Position numbers and translations under genes: made by a program
In this document: piece after piece, positions 26,301 through 41,300 of the stretch
Layout: each line of letters opens with the position of its first letter
Numbering within the stretch: the stretch's first letter is position 1
Source: Eledone cirrhosa
Taxonomy: Eukaryota
Length of the DNA stretch: 64,000 bases
Reading direction: 5' to 3'
NCBI GenBank assembly: GCA_964016885.1
Contig: OZ024741.1
Coordinates: 368,156,001-368,220,000, forward strand
Notes under the pieces: generated by a model
The model's database searches: none
The model's input: the letters and a program-made list of their open reading frames with translations, nothing else
Told to the model about the DNA's origin: nothing

Positions 26301-29300
26301 AAGGAACAGTCTTTTTTAGTACTGATACCTTCGTTATCACTGCCCTCACCATTGTTCTCATCCTCATAATTAATTCAGTGTCCCTATCCAAGCATGGAAG
26401 TGTACTATGTTCCTGCTTTCATTACAATATTTCTAATGAAAGATGCAGCTTATAATTTTCAAATATATATATATGGCGAACAGGCAGAGTGGTTAGAACA
26501 TCAGATAGAATGCTTTGTTATTCGTTCTGATTCTCTATACTCTGATTTCAAATCCTGCTGAGGTCAACTTTGCTTTTCATCCTTTTGAGATTGATTAGTG
26601 GGGTCAAATTTTTTCATCTATATCTCTTTCTCTGAAAGAAATTGGCTGTATTCATACTTGGGGAGGGATAGGCTCTGCCAGGTTTAGAATGCCTAAGAAA
26701 TATTGTATGTCATGTCTTTTTATGTCCTATAACTTAGTGGTTTGACAAATAGAGATAAATGAAAAAAAAATCCTTTGAAAGCATGGTTGCCATTTAGTGA
26801 CTGAAATCAGTAAAAGAATAAGGGAAATTTCTAACAAGAGGAGATTTGATAACTGATGTCCATAAGGAAGATATGTAAAGTGGATTATTGAGAAACAGTA
26901 AGAAAAATCAATCAATAAAATAACAACTTTCATAAGATGGATGAATAATTAAAAAACGGTGTTTGGAGTGAAATAATTCCATTAATCTATCTGCTTTGCT
27001 CTGGCTAACTTAGGGAGTCTAACTGCTTTGTCAATAGATAGAGTGTATCAACTAGAATATATGTTATGTGTATCTACATTTTATAGTTTAGAGCAGTGGC
27101 GTAACTAGAGTTGACCATCTACACTTGTACTAGAGTAGACCATCTACACTACTGCTTTAGGGTTCTAAATTGAAACCATCACACTTGTATCAACTCCTGA
27201 TGTTATTTCTCTATAAAACATTTCACTGGTAATAACATAAGGCTGACAAATCAATAATTATTATTAATCAATTTGAATGATTTATCTAATTCAACTGAAA
27301 TGGTGTTGGATTCATTGATCAGGCAGCAGGTGCTGTCTTTGAGAAAGATATTTTATTTAATAAATCATCAGTTCACTCAACTAAAAAGAAAGATATAGAA
27401 GTACCAACAGTAGCAGCTGAGGGTTAATTCCTGCAACTGGCTGCAGGTTGGAGGTGGAGCCTCTATCATAAAAATACCTGAGAAACCTATGAAATACAAC
27501 CTCATGGGAAGCCAGCTAAATTTATATAGATGTGAGCTGTAATAACAACATAATTTATCTAATGCCAGCATGGAAAACATGTAAAATGGTGGTAGTGATC
27601 TTTTAAGAAAGAAATATTGCACATTTTAACAGCTAAGTGAAAGCAGTATAGTTGTGATGTTATCATCATTGTTTAACGTACATCTTCCACGCTAGCATGG
27701 GGTAGACGGTTTTGTGCCATTTGAAGCGGGATTGGTCGGGAGACCGTGTCTCGCTCATACAGAAGTGTCTCTGGCAGGTTTTCTACGGCTGGATGCCCTT
27801 CCTAACACAAATCACATTTACAGTGTGGACTGGGAGCCCTTTTACTGTGTCTCCTACATGACCACTTTACAGTTTGGACTGGATGCTTTTTGTTGTGTCA
27901 CTGACACAGTGGATTGGGTAGAGTGTGTGGCGTGGGGTGTATATTGGGTTAAGAGGTGACATTGTCTTAGAGAGGTGTAATACCAATGCAATCTCCTCTC
28001 CAGAACACATTTGATACCTCTTATGCTTAGTCTCTCTCTCAATTCGTTTATGCTTTGCCGTTCACATGCATCGGAGCATGCAAGCTTCATTTCTTTCTAA
28101 TCTACGCAAGTCTTCAGCACACAATGCCCAGGTGTGACCATCTAACATCGCCGTAAACAAGCATCATACAATCTGCCTTTCACTTTTAGAGAAAAACCCC
28201 TTGTGGCCAACAGCGGTATTAGCTCTCTGAACTTTTTCCATCCCGTTCTAACTCTGGCTACTACACTTTCAGAGCAACCCTCCTCTACTGCTGATTTTGT
28301 CACCCAGGTAACAGAAAGTGTCTACTATTTCTATAGAACCACTTGAGCAGTTGAAGGAGATCTTATGACATATAAAAAAATACACCAAACTGATTAAATA
28401 TTTAACAGATAGTATAAAGGAAGACTTTACCTGAGCGTTATCACATACCCAACTGTTGTTAACATAGGCAAATGATGAGGGAGAACTGAAGTTCTTCTGG
28501 TACTCTGACATAAATGCTCTAGGGGGAAAAAAAGAATAAAACAAAAATTTATGGGGAAGATATTTCAAAGCATTTAAAACAAAAATGTTCATTATTTTCA
28601 TTTAAAATCAAATTAGTTTGATGATTAGGAAAGGAAAATTAAAATCTGAGAACACTGGATGAACCAAAAATATCTTCATCATCATCAATGTCATTTTATG
28701 CCTATGTTCCATGCTGGCATAAGTTGGACAGATGGCCATGGTTTGAGACCAGATAGGTCAGGGCGACCTCATTTTGCTCACATGCTCCATATTTGGCATG
28801 CTTTCTATGATTGGATACCAACCATCTTACAGGGTGTACTAGGCACGTTTTTCCAGGGTACCACCACTATAATTTTACAGGAGTGTACTGGGTGCATTTT
28901 TATTTTGCAAACACTAAAAAAAAAGGGTCCCACAACCCTACACTGTCTTTGTGTGATTGCTAATCCCAATGATATTAACTAATATATGTACAACTATGTA
29001 CAAATATATAAACAACAAAAAAGAGGAAAACTGCCAAATGGTGTTTTACTCACGTAGGAGGTTCTTTCTCCTTGGGCTCAGGTGATGCTATAGCTGTAGA
29101 ATAACATTGTTCAAAATAGAAACACGAGTGAGAATTTTTAAGGTCAATTTAACGCTTAACATTTTGTAATGATTTAGAAGAAAATATCTTTTAAAAATGT
29201 TCACTAATTCAGATGCTTATGGACAGATCATTGTGAAAATTTGCAGTAATAAAGGAAAGACTTTAATTTTTAATGTGATGCAGTTACTGTGTTGTTTTGT

Positions 29301-32300
29301 TCATTTCAAAAATATCTTGATAATATAGTTTCATGTGGTACAGGATGTTACGAGTTCATGTCGCTATAACAACCACTTGTTAAGTATGAAGGGAAGAGTA
29401 AAAAATTTTAACTAAGCACTAAAGATTATTCTTATGCCTTCATTTCACATATTTTTGCCCCCTCATCGGAAGATAACTATCCTTATCATTATGTGGAATA
29501 CTACTATAGCAATGCTATACAAGATCCATATATAAATTTGAGCAACTTCCGTCCGTCCTTCCGTTACAGAATAGAGATGACTGAGGAAGGAAGAGGTGAT
29601 GACATCACACTAAAGATGATTGAGAAAGGAAGGTGTGATGACGTCACGCACTAGAGATGATTGGGGAAGGAAGGGGTGATGATAAACTACAGAAAACAGT
29701 CTCTAACATTCACTGATGCAGGCTGCTACCACTGTTGTTATGACTACCTCATAGTACTCCTCTCTCTTTACGTCTGATGCAGGATGCTACCACACATATA
29801 CACATATGCGTCAGCATGTTGAAAAAATCTTAGTATAGAAAATAACTACAATTAGCTCACTCTAATTTATATGACATGCATTCATTAGGCAATGTGATTA
29901 ATTAAATAATATATATTTGAAGAATATTTAAATTGTCAAATAATCACATTGACATAAGACTGAAAATTTATAGAGTAAAGAAGTTGAGTCAATTGAACAG
30001 GACCCGAGGACATAACTGGTGCTTAATTTTTCATCACAGGAGATGGAAAACTAACTTAACCCTAATAAGATTTGAACTCAGTATGTAGAAGGATGTAACT
30101 AAATACAGTTACTCATTTTTCTTTCTTTTTTTTTCTTTTTCAGTTTAGTGCCGATGACCCTTTCAAAGTCTTTGAGAAAAGTTCCAATGAAGGGCAGTGA
30201 AATTGTTAGTGTATCAAGCTAAATACTTTGTCATACCAGATCTGGCTATTTTGCATTGTGAGCTGAAAATCTGCCCCTCTCAGCCCCGTGTCGAGAAACG
30301 TGTTCTTTAGGACCCAGCTAAGACTGATAGGCCTCCAATTTCATCAGAGCGATGAGATGATTGAAGCAATATTTGGGTTATATGAATACACCGAGTGGAC
30401 CCTGCACAAAGTGGTATAAACACAGGAATAAAATTTTTTTGAATCTGATAAAAAGAAAGACAAAAGAAGAATCTACTATGAAATTAAAGAAGCTTAACCC
30501 TTTCATTACCATATTTCTTGAAAGATACTACCTATGGTTTTCAAATAATAAAAAAAAAAAGAATTGGAGGGATTTAGTAAAATAACTTTCTCATTATTAA
30601 ACTAGTGCTTGGAGCATAGCTTAATAAATGTTCTTACATAAAATTATGATGGAAAGTTTTTTGTAGATAAATATAAACACTTTAAAACAGTTTTGTATCA
30701 TAGAATCGGGGGCAGTTTTGGATGGTTTGATAAGAAAAGAATTAATATTCTTTGATAGAATTTAATAAATAAAAAGATAAAAAGGAAAAACAAAAGAAAA
30801 GGTGACCAGTGTTGAAAACTTCCAAGTCCCTAATCCTCGAGGGTTCAGAAGCTGCCCTTGTTGGAAGTGGTCCCATTGTCTTCGGTTGCACACAGTAACT
30901 GAATTTTTAGTTTTAACCCTTTAGCGTTTACATTACTCTATATACTGTTGTATTTCCACAGTAAAAGGCTTTACCTCACATAATATCGAATCTATTTGAG
31001 AATAATACCTTATGAGAGGCAGGTTACAGCAGGTTTGAACAGAAAGAGGCAAGAGAATTCTGACAGGATATAGCCAGTTTAAATATTTACTTACCTTCAA
31101 AACTTTTGGATCTTTTGATCTGTAGAAAGAAAAAAATTATATTTCACTTGGAACAAATAAAACATAAATAAAATGAAAAAATGTGTGATGTAATATTATT
31201 ATTGTGTAACATGAATGTAAGTGTGTTATAATATTATTGTGTAATATATCTGTTTGTGTTATAATATTAGTTGTAATAGTGTGTGTAATTTAGTGTAAAG
31301 TAATATATTATTTTTAACTCTAAACGTTGAGAGGAGAAATGAAAACAGCTTATAACAATGAAGGGAGATTATCTCCCCAAAGAGAGTGCAGCATAACCCT
31401 TGTATGTATAAATCATTAACACAAATCACAGATCTGTGCGATGAGTGTGGTTTGGTGTTGTTGAAGGAGAAGACAAGCTTGATGTGTCCATTGAAGAATT
31501 TTGTTTTATGATTTGCAATCTTCAGTAGCCGAAAATATGTATATTTTTATCTTTGCTTTGGTTGAATTACACATACAGTCAATAATGATGATAATGGAGA
31601 TGGTGGCGGTAATGATTGTAATGCTGATAATAATGATGGTGATAACAATGATGATGATGGTGGTGGCAATGGTGATGATTAAGATGATAGTGAAAATGGT
31701 GGCAATGATGATAATGCTAATGGTGGTGGTGGTGATAATGATGATGAAGCTGATGATGATGGAGATAATAACAATAGTGATGATATGATAGATAAATAAG
31801 AGCTTCTTGAGCAAAAGTAAAAAGCAACTAAGTTTAGAAACCAACCCCATATTTCGTCCTAGCTCTGCCACGGTCTTCAGTTCTTCTTGATGATGACATT
31901 GGTGATGTACTAGCACTGACTTCAGAATTTGTTGACAAACTTTTTGCACTCTTAATAGGTTGTGAGGATTTTTTTATTCTGGAGTATCCATCTTCAGTTA
32001 GCACTGATTTGGTCAGTTCTCCTATTCTTTCGGTTCTCTTAGAATTCACTGACTTGCTTCTACGAGAATGCTTCATTTTCTTTGGGCAAGAATTATCATT
32101 ATTCTCAGCTACAGATGTATTAGATTTCACACTTTTGTCAGTTACTGGGGTGCCAAAATTACTTTGATATTCTGATTTCTTTATCGAGTAATTATTCTGA
32201 GAAGAGGCTTGATTAAAATAGGATCCTGCTTGAATAAGTTTCTGGATGAAAAAAAAAATTGAGGTTAAACTAGAATTCTATTCACAGCACTTGCTATTGG

Positions 32301-35300
32301 ATTAACCCATTAGCATTTAAACTGATCGTATCCAGCCAGAATTCTCTCACCTCTTGCTGGTCAAACCGGCTGCTCATACTGATGTTAATGTATTGTTCTC
32401 AAAATAAATAACATCAAAATCTCATAGATTCGATATTACGTGAGGTTTACCATGAAAATACAATAACAAATATAGAGTAATGTAAATTTCTAAAAGGTTA
32501 AAAGATAGTGAGGCTGAGACAATAGAATAGCTAAGCACTCGCATGAGCACCCATGATACTTCAGTAAGTTGAGCTGTGGTAGAAACTTGGTAGTAAAAAA
32601 TCCAGCTAGGAGTCGAACTAGATACCTACATAATCTGTTAGGTAATACATGATGGGGTCATACCCAATGATTAGTGTAGCAGTATACTTATTGTTACAAA
32701 AAAAGATGATGTTCTAGAAAGGAGCAACTACTACAGGGGCATAAAACTGATGGAGTAAGTTATGAAAGTTACAGAAAGTGTTTCAGTACAACTAATTAGG
32801 AAAAAAAAATCAAATCAGATGAGATACAGTTTGGTTTTGTGCCAGGGAGAAGCACCATAGATGCCTTCTTCTTAGTAAGACAACTACAAGAGAAGTTCCT
32901 AGTTATGTGTAAGCCATATCTTGCGTTTATTGATCTGGAGAAGATCTTTGACAGAATACCATGATTTGTTATATGGTGGTCATTAAGGAAACTAGGTGTT
33001 GAAGAATGGCTTGTAGTGAAAGCCTTGTACAGAGAAGCTGTCGGTAAAACGAGAGTAGGTAATGAGTTTAATGAAAACCTCAGTGTTCAGTCCTCAGTCC
33101 ATTCCTGTTTATTATAGTTTTCCAGGCCATAATAGAGGTGTTTAAGACTGGCTATCCATGGGAACTTCTGTAAGCTGATGACCTGGTTCTTATAGCCAAA
33201 TCTATTGAAACAGAACTTAGAATCAAATGGGCTTAAAGTAAACTTGGTAAAAACCAAATTGTTGGCTCTTTGAATTACAAATACATTCCATCTGATGGGC
33301 TTCCAAACAGTATCTGCCATGTCAACTTAATTTCACTCACAAAGCAAGGGTTGACCCAAGGTAATGGTAAATTTATCTTGTCCAAGATGCCATGCAGTGA
33401 GATTGCACCTGGAACCTAATGATTATAAAGTGAACCTCTCAATCATTCAGCTATAATGCATTCACTAACCCTATGTATTTGAAAGCTACATAAACAATTA
33501 AATGTTTGAACACTTTTAAAAAAAGCAATGTTACCTTAGATTTTTGTGCAATGGAATCTGCTTTTATAGGTTTCTTCAACGTGAAATTTTTCTGATATTC
33601 TGAGATCCTTAATGTAGAATATCTGGGTGCACTTAAACCAGACTTATAGAGTAATGAAAGTAACTTCTGGTAAAAAAAAAATGAAATAATAATAGAAGAA
33701 TCATTTTTGTCAATGTCATTTCTGTTCTGTCATCAAAATTATAAGATTTGATAACTAAATATTTATACATTTATGAGCAATAGATTTAGGGGAAATAATA
33801 AATCATCATCATCATAATTTAATGTCTGCTTTCCATGCTAGCAAGGATTGGATGAATCTACATAGACCAAGTCAGTACTGAAGCAGAGCTACTGACCTCC
33901 CAGACAGGCCAAAGAGTCTGCATCTTGCTTACATATGGTCTTATATTCTATTGAGTAGAGTACAGACACAAACTGAAGGATCCTCCCAACCCATTGTTTA
34001 GCAAGCTTTCTACAGCTGGATGCCCTTCCTAATGCTGGGTATACCTAACTAAATATCTATGGCAATTAGTTTTGTTTCCCTGGCTTCTGAGTTCAAATCC
34101 TGCTGAAGTATACTGGCAGATCTGTTAAAGGATCAGACCAGATACCTTGTGGTATTTGTTCTGACTGAGTTCTTGAGTGGCAGACTTAATCCATCACTCT
34201 ATTCTATTTAACACAACCATCTGGTTCTTTGGTACCTTTAGCAGAATCTACCCTGTTGCAGGCATTCAAGTCAGGTCTTTGACTTGGAGAAACCTTCTTT
34301 GTTCCCTCCCTCTTGGAGGTCTTCAAGAATAATGAGCACTGCCCTTCCCTCCCAGATTAAGCAGTATAAAGCAGTCAAATTTGCATTTAATTCCTCAATA
34401 AAATAGACACCAATAATAAATATATTGAGCTAATTCAATTATCTGACTCCCTTACAAAGATTCAACTTGTCCCTATACAAGGATCTAACAGTCACATAAT
34501 GGTCAAACTGTTAGATTATTAATTCAAAAGATAAGTTTTCTTATTTCTATCTTATTTCAACAATAACCAAAATACTTCACCATTTTTATTATTTTATCAT
34601 GACACCAGCATTTAGAGAGGTTATCTTGTCCCAGCAAGACTAAATATTTCTCCATTACCCCAGCATCAAAGTAGTCTTGTTCCCAGCAAGAGAGAGAGAG
34701 AGAGAGAAACATAAAATGGAGAAAGAAAAAGATTTTTATTTCAAATTTACAAGAAAAAGATAGTTTACTAACCTGTTCACTATCTGAATGATTTTGTGGT
34801 GAGACACCTTCAAACATCACAGATCTTTTGTCTTGGGATTTTTCTGGATTTACTACTTCATCAATCTTAAATACATGAAGAATATCAAATGACTACTCAT
34901 GACTTGAAAATTACTATATTTTAATCTATTACTTTTTTAAGAATATTTCAAAATATATATACATATATCTGCATGCTCCGATGGATGTGTAACAATTGTG
35001 TGCATGAACAGCAAAATTCAAATGAATTGAGAGCAAAACTGGGCATAAGAGGGATCAAATGCCGTGTGCAGGAGAGAAGACTGCAGTGGTATGGACATGT
35101 GATGTGCATGAAGGATGACAGCTGTATAAAAAGGTGCAGGGCACTCAAAGATATAGGGTGCCTTGGAAGAGGAAGACCTAAGATGTGGAATGAAACAATA
35201 AAGGTTGACCTGGCACTGCTGAACCTCTCGACAGATGACACAGGACCAAGAACTCTGGCACTACAGCTTATGACAAAAGATCCAAGTCGACAACCCAGTC

Positions 35301-38300
35301 TGGCCCACACTGTAAATGTGGCTTGTGCTTAGGAAGGGCATCCAGCTGTGATGAAATTCCAGCAAAAAACACAGTCCCGCTATGAGCAACATGGGTCCCA
35401 GCATGGCCAACTGTCCAGACATCCCTCATAATATGCCCATCCAGCCCCCATAATATGCATCTGTTGGCAAGACTTGCCTCATAAGTACAACAACCCACTG
35501 TGGGTGTTGTTAGGAAAGGCATTCAACAGTTGTAAAATTCCCACCTAAAACACAGGCTCTGCTATGAGCAGGGTAAATCATGGTCAACTGGCCAGATCTA
35601 CCTCATAACAGGACCACCCTGTTCCAGGATTCCACTTCAAGCAGGGCACGATGCCACCAACTGGCCAGACACCTCATAATGGGGACCACCCAGTTTTTCA
35701 CTGTAAATATAGTTGGCAGTAGGAAGGGCATCCAGCAGCCGTAAAAACCTAGCCTAAACACGGCCCCACTATGAGCAAGACATGGCGCAGCTAACTGGCC
35801 AGACCTCTCTCATAATTGGACTACTCAGCTCCTAAATTACAGCTCTGCTGTGAGCAGGGTATGGCATGGCCAACTGGCCAGACCCTCTTCATAACAGTAC
35901 AGTGTCACCCAGTTCCACACTGTAAACATGGTTGGTGGTAAGAAGGGCATCCAGCACCCATAAAAACCCAGCCAACACACAGTTCCAATCATGTAAGAAC
36001 TGTTTGATATAACAACATCTAAGCTATCAAAGAGCTGAATCTGACAAACAAGCCTGACTACTGAAAGAAGAAAAAACATTTTTTTACTGCTTTTCCATGT
36101 TTGTATGGGTTAAGTAAGTCCTCTCCAGTACAGAGTCCTTCCACCTGTTTCTGTCCTGTGTCATCTCCTTTGTGAAGTTCAGCATCCTGAGACCCAAATC
36201 TTCCTTGGTTTTGCTCTTCCACATCTTCCTTCCATTTGGAACTCTTGGCACTTTTCCACCTATTGATTACCATCCATACACTTTATATGTTCATACCAGC
36301 AGGCAACATCTGATTCCCCTTATACCTAATTTTCCTCTCAATACATTAATTTATGTTGCAGCGTTCATTCACATCAACATTATACATCCAACAGTGTGTG
36401 CTCACTATATTTCTCTCCAGCTAAATGCATTAATTATTCAGAATATTTCAATTACAATTGTAAACTGTAAATTTGTTTTCTAACACAGGCACAAGACCAC
36501 AGATGTTGAGGGAAGAATATAATCAATTCACTCAAACCTAGTAGGAATTATTTTATCAATCTCAAAGGTGGAAGACAAAGTGCATCTCAGCTGGATTTAA
36601 GCTCAACATCTAAAGGAATATAACTAAATACTGCACCACTCCATAGATTCTAATTGTTGTCATAAATATTAATCTGGCTTTTGGAATACATCTTATAATA
36701 ATTACCTCAACCTTTGTGTTCTCTTTGTCAGTACAATCATCTACTGTATCTTTATTGATTTTATCAGTGAGCTCATTTATTGGCTGAAAAATAAAATAAT
36801 GAGGTAGACATGATGACAGTGGAAAAAGGAAAGCTGGATGGAAGAAGAAAACAACAAAAATGTTTCTCTAGATGTGAAGCTAGTTCACATAATAAATAAA
36901 GATTTGCAAATATCTGGAGAAGAATAGGAAAGCTTGCCATTAAGTTTACAAACATTAGCACAGAAGTAATAAAGATGTAAATACAGTTACAAAGATACAT
37001 AGACATGCTACTATCAATGACATGGAAGTATGAATGGAATAAAAAGTGTCTGCTCTTAGTTTACTGGAAAGAAGAAATAGCAATAAAAGTTTTAAAAAAC
37101 ATTTGCAGACAAGGTAGTTAAAGAGACTCATCATCATCATTCTACATTTGTTTTTCATGCTGGCATGGCTAGGATGGATCGTCACAGTCAAAGATATGGT
37201 TGTATCTTGCTCATACATTCTGTAATTTGGCATGGTTTCTACAGCTGGATTCCCTTCCTAATGCCAACCACTTTACAGTGTACTGGGTGCATATTATTGT
37301 GGCATCAGCACTACTATTTACAGAGTGAGTGCATTTTATCACATCACCAGCTCTTGTGTCAAGGAAATCTTCAAGTACTTTAGTCATAGGCACTGACTTA
37401 TTAAAACTTTTGTTGGCTAATAACAGAGTTTATCGCAGTTTTTATTGTGTTAAAACTTTCAGAAAGAGTTCTTTTCATTAAAAATGTGCTAGCCTCTGAC
37501 AAGTCTGTGAATATGGGAATATGAGCCCAGTACAATAAACTAGTTTAAATTGTTCTTCCTTCAGCTACCTTATTTAACAACTAAATTCAGTGCAGGTGGC
37601 AAACCATCAATAGCTAAATGTTGTTGTCATAAGAAGCGAAGGGACTTACTATTGTGTCTCAAGTTGTGTCCGGACTGAATCTCTCTATATGATGCTCACC
37701 TGTCTCATGTCTGGCCAGAGAACGTGGCAAATCTCACACACTCATTCGCATGACTATCCACACTCTATCGTGGCATATGGACCATAAGGGAGACATGGTC
37801 TGTACTTCCGACATGATGTCACGGCCTCTCACTTCTGGCATAACTGGCACTGCACTTCCAGTTCCCTAGCCCTACAGTTGTATTATTGGTGAAGGCCAAC
37901 ACTCAACCCACTTGGTTAGGTACAATTCTCCATGACTCTTTGAATACTAAACTGTCCTTGGTTCTCCAATACAAAACTGTTTATTTTAAAAGGTTTACAT
38001 TAATCTAAAAACTTTCAATTATAATTTTATGTAAGAACCTTTGTTCCAAGCACAAGATCAATGAGGAGAAAGTTAGTTATATCATTAAACCTCTTCAAAT
38101 TTTTTATCATTTTCAAAATTATATGTAAATCATAGATAGTATCTTTCATTAGAAATACGGTAATGAATGAATTAAGTATACACAATATACACAAAACAAA
38201 AATATAGAAAGCTATACAATAAATATACTTTGTTAAGAGTGTATAACATACCTTTGTTAAAGATAACATGCAGTACTAGTGTTAGGGTTTGTATTCACAA

Positions 38301-41300
38301 CCTTTAAATTTATCTACAATTGTATTCACCCAGGGGCCACATATAAATTTAGAATGATGAGTTTTACACCAAGATATCTTTCCTGTTGCTAATAATTTTA
38401 GTCATTTCTTATGACACACAGGGATTTGGTGTACCTACTCTAAAAACCATATTATTCCAGAGCTGTCAGATCACTTCTGTACATGTGCTGTATAAACAGA
38501 ATGAAGTCAACACAGATGGTAAATAATTTAAATAAATTATAAAATATGGTAAATAAAAAAAAGCACCATACCTTATCATTTGTTTTCAAATTGTCCAACA
38601 TTATAGCATGAGAAGATTTTGTAAATTTACTTGTATCAATAACAGGAGCTGGTTTTAAATCCTTTCTTGTAGTAGGATATTGGTCTTCAATTTCCTAAAT
38701 AAACAAAGAATTTTAAATAATGTTTAACGTATTTTCTGAATTACAATAATTATATACCACAGATATACATGAAACATAAATATCACTATTTTGTGTTAAA
38801 TGATATGAAAACATGCAAACACACAGATATATGTATCATCATGGTTTAACATCTATTTTCCATGCTTGCATGAGTTAGACGGGCCCTTACATTATGAAGC
38901 TAGAGTGGTGACCATGACTTGTTCATAATGACTAGATACACTTCTTAATGCCAACCCTGTTACAGTATGTACTGGAAGCTTTTCATGGCATCAATATAAT
39001 CATCTTACAGCACAGACTGGGTGCTTATATATATCATCATCATCATTTAACGTCTTATTTTTCCATGCTTGCATGGGTTAGATGGGTTGTCCACACTATG
39101 AGGCAAGTCTAGCTAGTTGGCTGCACCTCCTGCCTTCCATTACTCGTGAACACGGTCCCAAGAAACTTGAACTTCTCCACCTGCTTCAGTGGAACTTGAG
39201 GAAAGCCAACAAAGAAAAACAACAGGGAAGAACCACACATTACAATGATGACATATATTAGTTTAATGTTTGATGTAGTAAAAAAAAGTTTTGAAATATC
39301 AGATGTTAGTCTATCATTGGAAAATACATCTAGTAGGAACCTCTTAACCACTATACCCTCCACATCCTTACAGCCACCCACCCACTTGTGTCCACACACC
39401 CCTTACACTGTAAAGTTATGTTGGTATCATAACAAAAAATCCAGCCCACAATATAAATTGGTCATGTAGGAGTTGCAACAAAAAGCACCCAGCCCACTCT
39501 GTAAGTGTGGTTGACATAAGGAAGAGCATCCAGCCATAGAAACCAAGCCAGAAACAGTTCTATATGAGCAAAACACAGTCACTTATTCCAACTTGCTGCT
39601 AATGGCATAACCCGTCTAACCCATGCTAGCATGGAAAGTGGATGTCAAACTATGATGATGATAGAAGAAATAGAAAGAAAGAAAGTGTAAGTGAAGAAAG
39701 AAAACAGGAAAAAAACATTTTTTTATTGTATTGATGCCAACATTACATCCAGATGACAAAGATGTATTGATGCCAACATTATATCCAGATGACAAAAATG
39801 TATTGACACCAGCATTATATTCTGATGACAAAGATGTATTAACTACTGACACCAGCATTATATCCAGATGACAAAGATGTATTGACACCAACATTACATC
39901 CAGATGACAAAGATGTATTAACTATTGACACCAACATTACACCAAGATGAAAAAGATGTATTGACACCAGCATTGTATCCAGATGAAAAATATGTATTGA
40001 CACCAACATTACACCTAGATGAAAAAGATGTATTGACACCAGTAGTATATTCTGATGACAAAGATGTATTAACTATTAATACATTCAGATGATATTTGTC
40101 TAAAGAATTCCTTGTTTTCAACACTTACCAAATCCAGTTCAGTTTCAGCATATTTGTTCATCTTTTTCTTCTGTTTATAGACAATATTGTCAGAAAACTT
40201 TGCATGGTTGCCAAGAAGTATATATTCTTCATCATTTGTTGATGTTCCTTCATTGTAATCACCAGGGACCTTTCCATTTACAGAAGTTGTATCAATATTT
40301 TCCATTTGTATCTGAGGAAAATAAAACCAATAGAACAAATGTTAATCAGTCATTGACTATAGTTATTTTACATCTACTTCTCCATGCTGATATAGGTTGA
40401 ACAGGTCGTTATAGACCATGTCAGCATTCAATAGGGGCTACTGTCCTTGAATGTAATTATCATGATTTAACGTTTGTTTGATGATGATAAAAGAGATAAT
40501 AAATCAATCAGTATAAATCAATGTATCAAATCTATTTAGTTCTTTGTTTCCATATTAAGTTTTTTTTATAGTAATATATGACACAAGCTTCAAGTGTTTC
40601 AAGAAAAGTTAAACTTGGAATATTGATGGCATAACATTTTGAAGCTTATAATTATGACAGAGACCCATGCTAGCATGGAAGATGGATATTAAACGATGAT
40701 GATGATGATGATGAAGGAGAGAGAAAAAAGTGAAGGAGCAAGAAAGAAAGAGATGTAGAGAGAAAAAAGTGAAGGAGCAAGAAAGAAAGAGAATGAGAGA
40801 TATAGAGAAAGAGAGAATAAAATCTGATATTACTTCCAAGAAGTACGTATTCATCACTTACATGTGGATCGCAGGACTCATCATCTGCACATTTCTGGGT
40901 TTCACCGATTTCATTCTATTTTAAAAATTAAATATAAAATGCATCAATCAGGTTCAGAATATATTACAAAATTTTCTTTAACCCTTTAGCATTTAAACCA
41001 GCTGTATCCAGCCAGAATTCTCTCATCGCTTTCTATTCAAACTGGCTGTAACCAGTCACTCATGTTGATGTTAAGGTATTGTTCTCAAAATAATTAATAT
41101 CAAAATCTCTAAGATTTGATACTCTGTGAGATTAAGTGTTTACTGTGAAAATGCAAAAGTATATATAGAGTAATGTAAATGCTAAAGGGTTAAACAAACC
41201 ACATGGGTAATATGATTAACATTGAAAGTGGTTCTAGCAAAGGTATAATGACTGGGACAACAACAAAAGAGTTTAGTGAATTGTTAAATTTAAGGTGAAA

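Noticed and set aside
30810-30898. Open, GC-richer stretch as an extra MDM1-like exon
   Set aside because: No good donor site, and the flanking exons already join in phase without it.
31501-31949. Met-rich and Ile-rich ORFs (95 and 147 aa)
   Set aside because: Artefacts of a degenerate trinucleotide microsatellite.
39728-40090. Regular ~36-bp repeats resembling a CRISPR array
   Set aside because: Units are contiguous with no unique spacers, no cas genes are present, and the context is a eukaryotic intron: a minisatellite.
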